Positions 13,234-25,124 of a stretch of DNA of 64,000 nucleotides are shown piece after piece. The notes beneath the pieces were generated by a model. The model worked only from the letters and a program-made list of their open reading frames with translations. It ran no database searches and was not told the origin of the DNA. Made by a program: the position numbers and the translations under genes. Each line of letters begins with the position of its first letter. Positions within the stretch are counted from its first letter, which is position 1. This DNA comes from Phoronis australis (Eukaryota > Animalia > Phoronida), in NCBI GenBank assembly GCA_002633005.1, contig NMRA01000097.1, positions 956,824-1,020,823 on the forward strand, written 5' to 3'.

Positions 13234-13393
13234 CAGTGGCGGATTTAGAGGGGCCAAGGGGGCCATGCCCCCCAAAAAATTCTCCCAGATTCCATTTGGC
13301 AGTGCAGGAGTGCGAATGCCTCACAGACAAAATACTAGCTAATACTCTACCCTGCCCCCCTCCCCCTAACTCAAAATCCTGGATCCGCCCCAG
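13234..13393 (+). mobile_element. MITE family A copy 1 (CAGTGGCGGATTTAG..ATCCGCCCC), 5-bp TSD gtgcg
   Basis: TIRs present; gtgcg at 13229-13233 and 13394-13398. Confidence 0.9.
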
Positions 13394-14465
13394 GTGCGAT
13401 ATCTAACACATAGAGATGAGGAAGAGTGTGAGTTTTTCAGGAACATAAAAAACATATGATGCAGTACTTAAAGTCAGTCAGTCAGTCGATAGGGAAAATA
13501 TCAAACTATTAGAAGATCGCAACCAGTGGCAGATTCCCGAGTGGCTTTTGCAACTGCACGCTTGTCAATCCACTGCGAAAGATTTATTTTTTAGTTTCTG
13601 TTTTCAAGACAAAGCAATTAGATCGCGCAAGTTTATCAATTTGAAATGAAATAAAATTCGTGTCGTAAATACAGTATATCCAGAAGTATACACGGACGTG
13701 CCGCTCACTCGGGTCGTACGTACTATCGCGGTGCCTCAGGTCGTAATATACGTCTTTTCACTATTGGAAAATGCGGACCCCGGGTAACTTGTTAATATTA
13801 AGATATGACCCGGGTCGTTATCAATGGAGTCTAAATTTACCGTAAACTATTGTGAAAAAATAAAAGGTTTTAAAAGTTAAAAAACAAAGAACACGGACTT
13901 CCTTTCCTGTGCATCGCTAGGTATTGCCAACGTACAAAAATTCTTCTCTCACCCACTTCTCTCACGGATCTGAAGTCNCAATCAAGCACCAAGCACTGAA
14001 GTATCCTCACTCCGTGTAACTACTTGTTCGCAAAAGAGATCAACCCTGCTCCCACACATTATTTAAAACCGATCCTTTCCCCCTCCTCGCCCTTAATCTG
14101 ATATACGTACTAAGCGTCCCTGAGCCGAGAAATTTAAAATTCTTCCCTCACGCACGCTTGGCCTTCTCACGGTTTTAAATTTGACTTTGATAGTAAGAAA
14201 ACCTGGCTGCAATCCGAAGATTCCTCATGTAACCGGGTATGTTGGGATTAGGCTTCATGCATCTAGTCAGATATCATATCCTGGCAAGAGCAGTGTAAAA
14301 TGTCCAGTTGCCGATTTGTGCAAATGAACGAAGGATTGGTAGAAAAATAGTGATTGTTTTCGCTTCAAAGTCACGTACATAATATTAATTGCTCCTGAAC
14401 AGACCAGCCCAGCTCCCACACATCATATTCCTGGACTGTAAGCCGCTCAGTACTTTCCCTAATTG

Positions 14466-14575
14466 CGTCAATCGTTTGAGTGGTCTATCCTATCTATATA
14501 TAGGATAGACCACTCAAACGAATGACGTCAGTGGTATACCCTATATATATATATATATATATATAGGATAGACCG
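14466..14575. repeat. Near-perfect 62-bp palindrome followed by (TA)n and a partial second copy
   Basis: cgtcaatcgtttgagtggtctatccta-tctatata-taggatagaccactcaaacgaatgacg, then gtggtataccc(ta)n ggatagacc. Confidence 0.9.
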
Positions 14576-16163
14576 ATTAATGAATTTGCAAGTGTGGCAT
14601 TGTCTGGGAAATACCTTATTAAGTATTCAAGTCCTTTTTTCGAAGCTCATTTATTTGAGAAAAGCTCATTTCAAATGAGAAGGTGTTGGTATATAATGAA
14701 AAAGCAAGGCATGTATATTTCCCTTGCCGCGAGCAACTCAGACATAAACAACCGCGTATCGAGCGTTGTTGAAAGATCGCCTATTGCGGGTATCATGTCT
14801 GCTTATCCCAATCCCCTGTTGCCGGGGAACCATGGAAAAGACTGAGGTGAAAACAACGCATGATCGCTCCGCTTAAACTATGGTGGCAGAACCCACAAAA
14901 CCTAATGGCAGCACCCCTAAACTCCATGGCCAAACCAAAAAACCAATGACTCAATGGCAGGGCGAAGAAACTCAACTCTTTGTCTGCAGGTATAACACTG
15001 CGATCCCCCGAATTTCCTGACTGATGCCATACATGTAGAGCTCTTAGTGTTTTCCGTCACACTTTCCAATTTTTTACAAAAATGCAGTTACGTGATAAAA
15101 AACTTTTGAAAAAACTTAGATTCTCTTATTCCCAAGGAATTAAAACTATAAAGCTGTATGGGTTCACTATTAATAGTTGAAAAGTTATAATTTAAAAGAG
15201 TCTTTAGTAAGGAAGGTGGACAGTAGGTCTATGACAAACCGCAAGGGTGAAATGTTCGCTACACAAAAACGTCCCGACGGAGTTTTTGTCCAACGAGAGA
15301 TATAACACCCAAAAGTGCCTGACTTGTTTTCGTTTTTTAGTCGAATGAGAAATTGTGAGTGCCGCAAAAACCAATGAAACGCCTGTTTTTTTTTGTTTTT
15401 TTTTGTTTTAGTCAAACGGGCTTTAGGTATGTCGTATAGGAAATTACAATATTTTATGTCAATTTCGCTGTGTCAAAAAGCGAGATATTTTGACGGTGTG
15501 GCGGGAAAATTCAAAAGGTGAGACAATCCACCAAGAGCAGGACAATTGTCAAGCACAATATTCCCCGCCAGTAACACAAAGTATTGGATAGGATTCTTTT
15601 TTGCTAAATTTTATCAAAAAGACATGGTCACCTTATCCTACTAATAACAGATTGGTATTATGCCAAGCATCAAATTCTACAAACATTCTACTTTGAGAAA
15701 ATATACTTTTATTAGATGAAAACCTATAGTTTGTATGTGGATAGATAAGAACACAGACTACATGTAGTCGGTGCAGTCTACATAACCTTAAGAGCACGTG
15801 AGCAACAAGTACATATTTACACTGGTGCTTCCTGATGAGTGATGAGTGTACTCTAATTAGTCAAATGTTATTAAAAATCGATTTTACCAGTAACGCCAGT
15901 AGTCGCCAGGTGTCGCGTGTTCTACATTCGCAGAAACATTTCTCTTGTATTCGCAATTTGATCTGCCGCAGAGTAACGACAATTGATTTTACAGACAAAT
16001 GATAGAACTGTCTTTGCCTTGAAAGTGTTGCCGGCAGCCGTTCGTAAAACGTCAGTGTTTGGAGAGCTTCTCACTTGTAGGTGAGTGAAAGTGATTTGTA
16101 ATCTTTCTATCATTGAGCGATCGCAAGAGCAAGCATAAAACAAGTGAAGTACATGTTCACATC

Positions 16164-16899
16164 ATGGCAGGAAGAATGCGTTCATTGCATCGTCAAAGGA
16201 ATGCGTCTTTAATGTCAAATGACAGTGCTGATACCGACGATATTACGTTCAGCGATGTGGGCGAATTGGTTCGCGGCCGTGATGATGCGGGCAAATCATC
16301 TGAATCGAAACAATCCCGACACAAGAAGTTGTCGAGCAGTAATCCACGTGCCAGAAGCTTGTCGCCACTTTGCAGGGGTTATGAATCTTTATCTTCTAGT
16401 AACGGAATATTAGAATGTAGGAGTGCGTCTGGAGCATTGCCAACGAGAGGGGACTCGCTTCTGACTGTTCCTGGGGAAACGACATCTAACCAAAATCGCT
16501 TACAACGGCAAAGAGCGCTTTCGGAAAACAGCGCTCAGTCATTGGAATCGCAGTGCAGCCAACCGACGAGAAAAGCGTGTTCAATAGATACAGCCTATCC
16601 GTGTTCCTCGAAAAAGTCGTTACACGGGCCAAGTGGCGTTAAAACAACAGCCAAACCCGCTCAAAAATTATCCAGTGATACAAAAGATAAACCACTCGCA
16701 CTACGCCGACAGAAAATGAGCACGGGACAAAATGAACCTGTTAACAATCCTTTCCGCCAGCAGTCGTGTCCCGTGCGAGCAACGCAACCCCCTGTCAGGA
16801 TTGTTAAAGCGAAGAGTGAATGCACTCGGTCTCCTCGAAGATTCCTGTTCATGCTTCAGAAAAATCAGTTGAACGCGACAGAAGACAACGTTCCGCTGA
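16164..16899 (+). CDS. Long Ser/Arg-rich coding exon; candidate distal alternative first exon of the ANKDD1-like gene
   Basis: Longest ORF in the window. ATG in good context (atcATGG). The ORF ends at a consensus a|gtaagt donor in phase 1, matching the phase-1 acceptor at 48124. I found no other downstream exons for it. Confidence 0.65.
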
Positions 16900-17439
16900 G
16901 TAAGTAAATTTTACCTTTTGTTAAGTCAGAACACAGCTAGTAATCGATAAAGCTCAGAATAATTCCGGTCTCTATCAATACACATTTGTGTAACCAGCTT
17001 TGAAGAACAGAGCGTAACACGGAATATTTACATCGTACTTTCAATTTTTCATAAACCTTATGGGCAAGCAATTCGTTTTTATGCATGGTCGCTGCAGAAT
17101 ACGACAGTGTTACGTAATTACTACTTTAACCTGACATTCGCTCCCAGTATATTAGTCATCAGTCCTCTCTGGCACTATACGAAACGTATGTTAATCCCGA
17201 GTCCTTCAAAGACATGAATGAATACAGTAGTCGATCAAGAGACTTTGACAATGTTACATTAAAGGACGAACATACTTCGCACATGCATAGATATGAAATA
17301 GGTCCGAAGGCATCCGGAACACCACGGGTAGTTTCGTAGCCTCAAATGACCCCTCGTTGGTGAACGCTAATTATCTGAACATTTGCTGAATTCAGTCATA
17401 CGTATAGTCCCGTGGTTTTCAAACTGGAGGTTGATGATC

Positions 17440-17743
17440 CACGGGCGGATCCAGGATTTTGAGTTGGTGGGGGCCAGGGCACAGGAATAACCAGAATTTC
17501 GGCAGATGCGTGCGCCCCATCTTACAATGTGGGAAGGCAGCTGTCTCGAATTTTTGACCTGTCGACTAAAAAAAGAAAAAAAACGGAACACGGGGTTTTG
17601 TTCAGGACCTATGCATTGTTTATTCACCCCCGGGCCCCCTGGTTGCGCGCACGTGTTAGTCACCCGAACTCCCAAATGGTATCTGGTAGAATTTTATGGG
17701 GGCCATGGCCCCCTTGCCCCCCCCCCCCCTAAATCCGCCACTG
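17440..17743 (-). mobile_element. MITE family A copy 2 (longer interior), TSD tgatc/taatc
   Basis: cacgggcggatccagg..ctaaatccgccactg; flanks match at 4 of 5 bases. Confidence 0.85.
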
Positions 17744-19345
17744 TAATCTGTATGAGTCCAGTTCGCACATGTCCAGATAACGTTCAACTTTAAAGAAATT
17801 TAGGCTGCGAAAATACTCGAGGTTCCGAGGGATTATTTGAGGATAGGGCCCCAGTTCATGGGCGAAGTTATTTGTTTATTTTTTGTCGACATCTCAACCG
17901 ATAATCCTACAACAGAAAGATCGTCGGCTTAGATACTGAGTGGGACGTGAAAGCTGACATCCGTGCTTCGCTTGTGGTTCCAGGCAACATCTCGCAAATG
18001 TTTGCGTGATCTCACCAGCCTCGCAAGAATCTAACCTTACTGAAAGCATCTCCGGCTCATGTTGTTGTCTAACCTCTCACAAACGTTTTGTGTGCGTGCG
18101 TGTACGTGCGTCTCTGCGTGCGCGTGTGTCAGTGCGTGTAACAATAGCAAGCGTTACTTACATTTGAAACCTTGCACCTTAGTTATATATGACACTACTC
18201 AGCTCATTTCATACCTGCTCACGGCACACAAATACATGCAGTTTATTCTTTCGATTCAAGAAGTCGGGTAATTGGAACAAGCGGGTTTTAATTGGCTATT
18301 TCGTAATCATAGCACAAACGTGTAGGGGAAAGGGGTCATATTAAATGGAGCCAACCAGTGGTAATCTTGGTTTAAAAGATAGACTTTACGGAAATTGCCG
18401 GTGAGTTACGGAAGTAGCGACATCGTGATTTTACGCGACAAAGCGGCAATTTCCGTACCGTCCTTGACCTCGACGGGCCCAGGGTGGAAGTGTGTGGGGG
18501 CTTTTTGTGAACATTTTTGTTCTTTGACTGCGAATTTCTTACGAAGTCGCCGTAACAGGACACCGTGAATGGTATTGGGAGAAAGAACAATTCTTCGTGG
18601 TTTGTTGAACCCCTGTTTTGTGTAAATTTATTGAGTTTTATGTTTGCTATGGACGGCTGAAGTGAAGCACCCGTGGAATTTCTAGTCGGGAGTGTCATAC
18701 CTTGTAGTATTATATGTAGTGTATTGGGGACGATCAGAAGCTGAGGACGCCTGTGGGTTACCTGAGATTCTCTGCGGGAGGCAATCACCGAACCAGACTT
18801 AAATTCTAGATTTCCGTCTTCTCAAAAAAATCCTTTCACCGTAGTTTAGACTAGTTGCGCTCTACACCAAAAAGGGAGAGCGTAGCAGGCACGGAATGCA
18901 GAACAGAAAATCGATGATTAAGGAGTGTGATAACCACCTTGTTCCTACAGAGGGCGTGTGGAATAACACTTGTTGGGAGCAGTTATGCTGTTTTTTTTTT
19001 GTTATCTTTTTGGGCAATACATTAATGTTTCTCTTGAGTGGTACAGCTCCGTTTTAAAAACCATTTTGGCACTAAAAATGTATTAATGTTGCCTTGACCG
19101 ACGAAGTTAACTTGATCTAACGCTTTAAAGAGTTCCAACCATGACCCTGTGTCTCAAAAATAATTTTATAAATACACCTTTAACAGCCTTTAGTATACTT
19201 GTTGCTAAGACAAAAGTCAATTTTTTTTTAAAATCTGTTATCGCGTTTGTATGTAATGGGTGGAAGACCGTCTCCGCCGTTGTTTTTACCACTGCGGCAC
19301 TGCAGAGTTGTGAGGAAAGTCCGCGGAGATTCGCCTTTTTCAGAT

Positions 19346-19515
19346 ATGAGAAGGTGCGTTTGTGGAGGCTGTAGTAACAGCAACTTGACTGAGAACGTCC
19401 CTGTGTTCAAATTTCCCCAAATACGTGAAAGTAGCACAGAAATGACATTGGTTTGTTCGCCGTACGAGAGCGTGGAATGATTCAGTCGGTAGCCACATTT
19501 TGTTCGGCCCATTTC
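19346..19515 (+). pseudogene. Decayed THAP zinc-finger (C2CH) exon, transposon-derived
   Basis: Across two frameshifts and one TGA it reads MRRCVCGGCSN..VFKFP / VKVAQK*HWFVRRTRAWNDSVGSHI / CSAHF, the THAP pattern CxxxxC..FP..W..V.R..CxxHF. Confidence 0.8.
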
Positions 19516-21609
19516 AAGGAATATCATCGTGCTTCGACCAAACAAAAAAGCGGCGAAGGATTCGCCACATTGTAAGTGTATTTGCAAATTTTATAAATAA
19601 CGAACAAACTGCTTCCATTCTAGGGTGAATGATGCCCTCGACCCCAGCACAGATCGAGTGCTATGACACGTAAGCTTATGCATTGTGTTTAGACCGTGGT
19701 AATCCCATCACTGACGTTATTTGACCCTTCTACAGGAATACCCTTTACCACCCTGTAACTTACTTCATCCACTTGCAAATCGGTGTCATTTTCACTTCAA
19801 GTAGGCGCAATGATGTTTGGAACATTCACGGTTTCAAACTGGGGCGGAGATGTTTAGGCAATACAGTTGAGGCTTGTTTGTTACTAATGATTCCAGAACA
19901 TTACTCTTTCGGAGACATTATCCTTTCTGTGGGTTTTAACCTCTGCTCAAAGTTTATTTGTTTAATTAAAGTTTAATAAGCAACCCCTTTGAATTGTAGT
20001 CTTTTTAATTCAACAGCATAATGCGCAATTCTTTTAGTTGTGTTGCAGAATGGAACCTTTTACAATTTACTTATCCATTTTAATGGTATTTAAAAATATT
20101 CTTTTGCCGGAAGTTATGGATGATGGCGTTCCATACCTCGCTGGTGGTAAACGAGTGACAAAGTATTTAACGAACATGACGTCTTGCTTTCGTAAATGCT
20201 AACTCGATTTGAATCGGTCGATTTTAGTTCATTCATAATATGTGCATGACATTTGTAAAGGCAATAACTGAAAGAAATATGAGAAGTTTACGAACAGGGT
20301 TGTTGACAGTCGGCTTGTAATAAGTTACACCGAAAGCAAAAGAAAAATGGACGTTTCAGATGCTCTTGCTGTCCTTGAACATGACTGTCTCGCTTTGCTC
20401 TATGTTGCAACTGGCCTGAAACCATGCACTTTGTTAAAAATAGAAAGTTTAGACTATAGTTTCAACAATTTAGAAATACACTGTATTACTAACAATATAG
20501 GATGTTTAACTACTTTCCCGTAAATATTCAGTGCCCACTTTTGTGGTGGCCCTTTTATTGAAGGGCCGTTAATGGGTACGTCAAGATGTAACGATATAAC
20601 ATAATCGACATGTAAGGGCATAGCATGATCTGCTTGAAGTTCCGAAATGATATTTACCCCCCCCCCCCAAGCCTGAACGGTAACTAGCTAGCGGGTAGCA
20701 ACCCGTACGATTATTTCCCATGAGAAATACGGTAATTCTTCACTAATTACGCACAAAAGTAATTGCCAAAATTGTATTAATTTTTATTTTTTGAAATGCA
20801 TATATTAGATACTCTACTAAATTTTGATTCATGACATCTTCACACAACAAACCAAGATAACAACAGGCTGAATTTTTCTTAATATTTGTTTTCAATAAGA
20901 TCTTTGATACGAAAATTCACATGTCCGCCATGTTCTGTGCTAAACACGTGAAGACTATCCGTAACTGTATTTGGCGGGATAACGTGATGGGCCCGCTAAG
21001 GTATTGTGCTGATCAACTGAAGACGGTCACATGTATGGTTTGCTCAAACGCATTCACCAAGTGAAGATCGACATCCAGCACAACGAATTTTGAATATTTT
21101 CGTTTTTGTTTGATGTGCTATGTAGGTTGCTCAAAATGTGAGATAACTACATAGGTGTCTACGGTAATAACTTCCCGTATCTACACCACCTCGTGGAGTT
21201 TGGATAAATTATCAGAGCCCCCGGGAGATAATTCTGGCAATTCCCACGAGGGGTCTGGTTACAATTTATTTCGCCACTCAACAACATCGCATTATCTCAC
21301 TTCCAATCAGATGATCACATGTAACCTATTGCGATGTTTTCAGAAGAAAAAAGACATTATCTTGTAATATCTGACATCAAAAGCAAATACCAAGCGACTG
21401 TTTATGCTTTCCTTTCTTGTAACTTGTTCCTTTGCTGAACATTTTGTGCGGGTTCACGAAATGTCGTCGATTTCTACGACATATCGTTTGGCAGTTCTGG
21501 ATGAGCCGACTCGTAGCCTGGTGACTAGTCTAGATACGGGAAACATGTTGAAGAGCCTCAACATGTAACGGGATATACAGGACATGGACAAATCAATAAT
21601 TATTTACCC

Positions 21610-21754
21610 CAGAAGCGGATTTAGAGGGGGGCACACCTAAAATTTTCCCCGATTACACTTGGCAGATTGGGTGTGCGAATGTCTGACGGGCAAAATCCTG
21701 GCTAATAGTCTGTCCTGCCCCCTCCCCCAACTAAAAATCCTGGATCCGCCCTTG
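21610..21754 (+). mobile_element. MITE family A copy 3, 5-bp TSD taccc
   Basis: cagaagcggatttag..ggatccgcccttg; taccc on both sides. Confidence 0.88.
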
Positions 21755-22057
21755 TACCCTGACATGCAATCATAGCGTCTGATCTTTCAGTTGATTGGGG
21801 GATCTCCGTTGGGGGACTGGCATCATTTCTAAGTCACTCGGTGCTATTCGCGCGATTTACCCACAATGTTGGTCACAAATCCGCGAATACACTGAAAGTG
21901 TACATAAGCCAATATCAACACTAACAATGTGCAACTTTCAGTGCTTATGCAATCAGCTTTTTTGTGAACCGTATTTCAACAAAGAAAAAAATACAGGGAA
22001 ATGATAGCAGTAATGCGGACAGTCATTAGGTGCTGATGTCACTACTCACAGGTTTCA

Positions 22058-25000
22058 TCACTTCATGTCACGTTCACCGCTTTCCATGAAACTGTCATAC
22101 AACTCGTCATCCTCTTCCACTTCACAAACATCGGTGAACAAGATATCAGTCAGTGAGTTTGGTAAGATAGGACCACATGGCAACACAGATTCTAGCACTT
22201 CTTCATCAGTCCGCATCCACCCTTGTCCTTCCTTTTGGCTGTTCAATTACGAGTTCGCAAGCGTGCTTGTATAAAGCGACACGGTAGTTTACTCGTTCGA
22301 TGGGAGGTTTCCGTGCAGCCAGGCAAGGGGGAAGTCGATTAAGGTCAATCTTGGACTTGTAGGTGAGAACTTCATCTTCACCAACCATATTGCGCAACAT
22401 CTTGGTACGAGGAGCATCTATCGGTTACCCACGACTCATACATGAAACAGGTGAGCTCCTTCATCCCTTTTAAAACTTCGGAATGTACAACCCAATCAAC
22501 GCCAAGTTGCTTGAATGCTCGGCAAAACTTTGGATTCTTTTCCAGCTTTTTAAGGGGGCCAGCCTTTCATTTACCTTTAAAATCACTGGTGCAATCTTCT
22601 CCAGCGTATACATAAAATTCAAGTACAGTTTCACAATAACCTTTTCCCAAGGATTTTGGCCAGGTCGGAGAGATTCAGTAGCCGCCCATGTTTTCCAAAC
22701 TCTGTATCTAGATATACCAGTCAACTTCATGGCGTAAGTATGATGCAGTAGAATTACAAAGAAGAATTCAGTGTAAGGGGTTCTGACGCCGCGTTTCTGT
22801 ACCCAACTGAGAAAACGTACTGGAGGTACAAAACAATTCTTGTGCCGTCTCTTCTTGGTTGCTGTATATAGTGTGGGTGCTCCTGAAGATGAACCTGAAA
22901 CATCATATTAATTTACTATATGACATCGCAGATTATCTTAAAGTAAGAAATACTGAGAAAATTATGTTAAGAAAAAAGATTGTGGACTTTCCTCGCGATC
23001 GGATGTAACACGTTAATGGGCTTTTCCGTTTACAATGAGGATGGCTATCTCGCTCTTCTCCAACCTGGAAACTGGCATCTTACCACTCCAGACTTACAGT
23101 AACTGTTGACACTGGTGTGTTTTGTTATCATTGTTTGCAAGAAAGGTTTTGACGTCGTATGGTTTTCGAGTATATTGTCCACCCACAACTATGTTCTCTG
23201 AACTGCCACGTTGCAACCGTTCCTGGGCTTTGATAAATTCAGGGAGTTAGCTGACAGTTGAGAACAAGAAGTGTTTCTTCGACGACATCGTGTCAAGTAC
23301 TTGTAAATAGATCTCACTGAATATTGGAGGGAGATTAGCTAACGTGTGGAGAAGTGTCATGCCATCTTGGATGAATAGAGCATCGTCAGGATAATGAAAG
23401 TCTTCTAGGGTAATGTCTTCCAGAAAATAATGCAAAAGGAGGTTTTGTTGGTCTTGAAAGAGGCTATCTGTTGTTCCAAGATGGAGCTTCTACTTGAAGA
23501 CTTCGTTGTTGGTTGCGACCGGCATTGCTTTATGTTTGGAAGTTTCAAAACCAGGCTTGACCTCTTGAATCATGACGATGTTGTTTCCCTGTACATTCGT
23601 AGTCATTTTATTCAAATTGTCTCATTCACAATGGGATACACTGTACATTATTAGCCTTTGTGAGTTGATGAGTTGACACATCCCCCATCACGTTTGCCAA
23701 AGCGGTTTCAAAGTCTAAGACGAAGTCATAGCTCTCCGAGTGACCCGGCCAGTTTGTGCAATATAGTAGTAAGCTGCTTGCTTCGAAATAATTTTTTGAT
23801 GGTCACAAAAAAGTAACTTCCACTTTCCGTATGTGGTATCTTGTCCAATAGAGGAAACCATTCTCTTGAATTTTTCACCCCAGTCATCAATAAACGAAGA
23901 AATCGGATGAGTTCTGGAGGTAAAAGTTTACAATATCAAGTTCCATATAATCGGCTGTTAAACACGGTAGATCTGCAGACTGTTTGCATGCCTTCGGAAT
24001 GTCATCTCATAGAGTGAGCACGGTTTTCAGACGTTTACCTGTACTTCCTAAACAATATGCTTGTGCTAAAGCAGATGAAAAGTTATACTTGACCTATGAA
24101 ACAGCCAAAATGACAGCGTCACCTCTGTCAATTTTTGTGAAGTTGACCTGGTTTTCCAATGTACCTGTTTTGAAACGATTCTATAGTTTCTCAGAACGGT
24201 ACCCAAGATTCCCATGCCTCTTCCGTTTTAGTTCCTCAACGTAAAGCAAACGGAAGGAAGAGACTTTGATGACATCATTTTGTTGGACGATGTGAGTTTT
24301 AAGCTGCGGTATTTTATTGTAATCCTGTTCCTCTCACATTGCATATTGCTGTAAAATTACCACGTTCACTTACAGAATCTAAATGAAGAATACACACGAG
24401 TAGAGGCTGATCTTTGGCTTCAGTTGATAAACTTCGACCTTGTTTTCTTTTAGGAATAATTTTTACATCTGCCTAGATAGCTGCCATAGTTGCGAATGCA
24501 GAACGATTTCCCTGTCCCCCACATTGGAGTCGCTCTGATTGACATGTCAACAACCGATACGTTTATTTTTATGTTAGTTTGTGTTCAAAGTTTTTTACGT
24601 CAAAAGCTGATTTACAGCTTTTGATGTGTTGTCATGTTCTTCTTTTTAAAAGATGAGAAACATTGTATCATTTATTGAACCTAAAATATATTGTGGTTGG
24701 GCTGCAACCTAAACATGATGTCACAGTTTGTTTTCATTTATGCCGTCAACATCTAAGTCCTAAATTTGGATAAAAATAGCGGATAATCATGCCCCACACA
24801 ACGTTTCTGTTCAATATGTTGAGTGCTTTGTACATGTAAGGTAACTTTTATCACTTACTCGTAGTTCTAATGTAATGTTTGATCCACAAAAGGTAAGCCC
24901 AGACATTTAGCTTTTTCAATTATATGAGATAGTCGGGGTGATATTGCGAAATATAGCAAAATCGGTCATGGTGACACTAATTTGCATAAAAAAACATGCG

Positions 25001-25124
25001 TGGGACATTTTTTGACTTGTTAACATCATTTTTCCGTTTTTACATATAATTTCCTTCATAAAAATGCAATTTTGAAGTTGAAGTCCGGGGGGTGCACTGG
25101 GGGGAGGGGGGCATTTTTCGACTA
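22058..25124 (-). mobile_element. Decayed, internally deleted Academ (AcademX-type) transposon with XPG-like transposase remnants
   Basis: Minus-strand fragments in order: SIGQD..GKWKL..FRSKQL..GHSESYDFVLDFETALA; ALFIQDGMTLLHTL; IKAQERLQRG..RKPYDVKTFLANNDNK; YSNQEET; IDLNRLPPC..IERVNYRVALYK; GW..CGPILP. Many stops and frameshifts. TAGTCGAAAAATG terminus at 25124. Confidence 0.7.

Larger units (their letters stand above)
11527..15229. mobile_element. Inverted pair of ends of a TTAA-type (Kolobok-like) element, possibly one element with nested insertions
   Basis: ttaa|ggtcactgtctaccttcgttacttaaga..ataacttttgaactcctaatagtagacccgta at 11523-11620 matches the reverse complement of 15140-15229 (tatgggttcactattaatagttgaaaagttat..tctttagtaaggaaggtggacagtagg). 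Confidence 0.45.
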
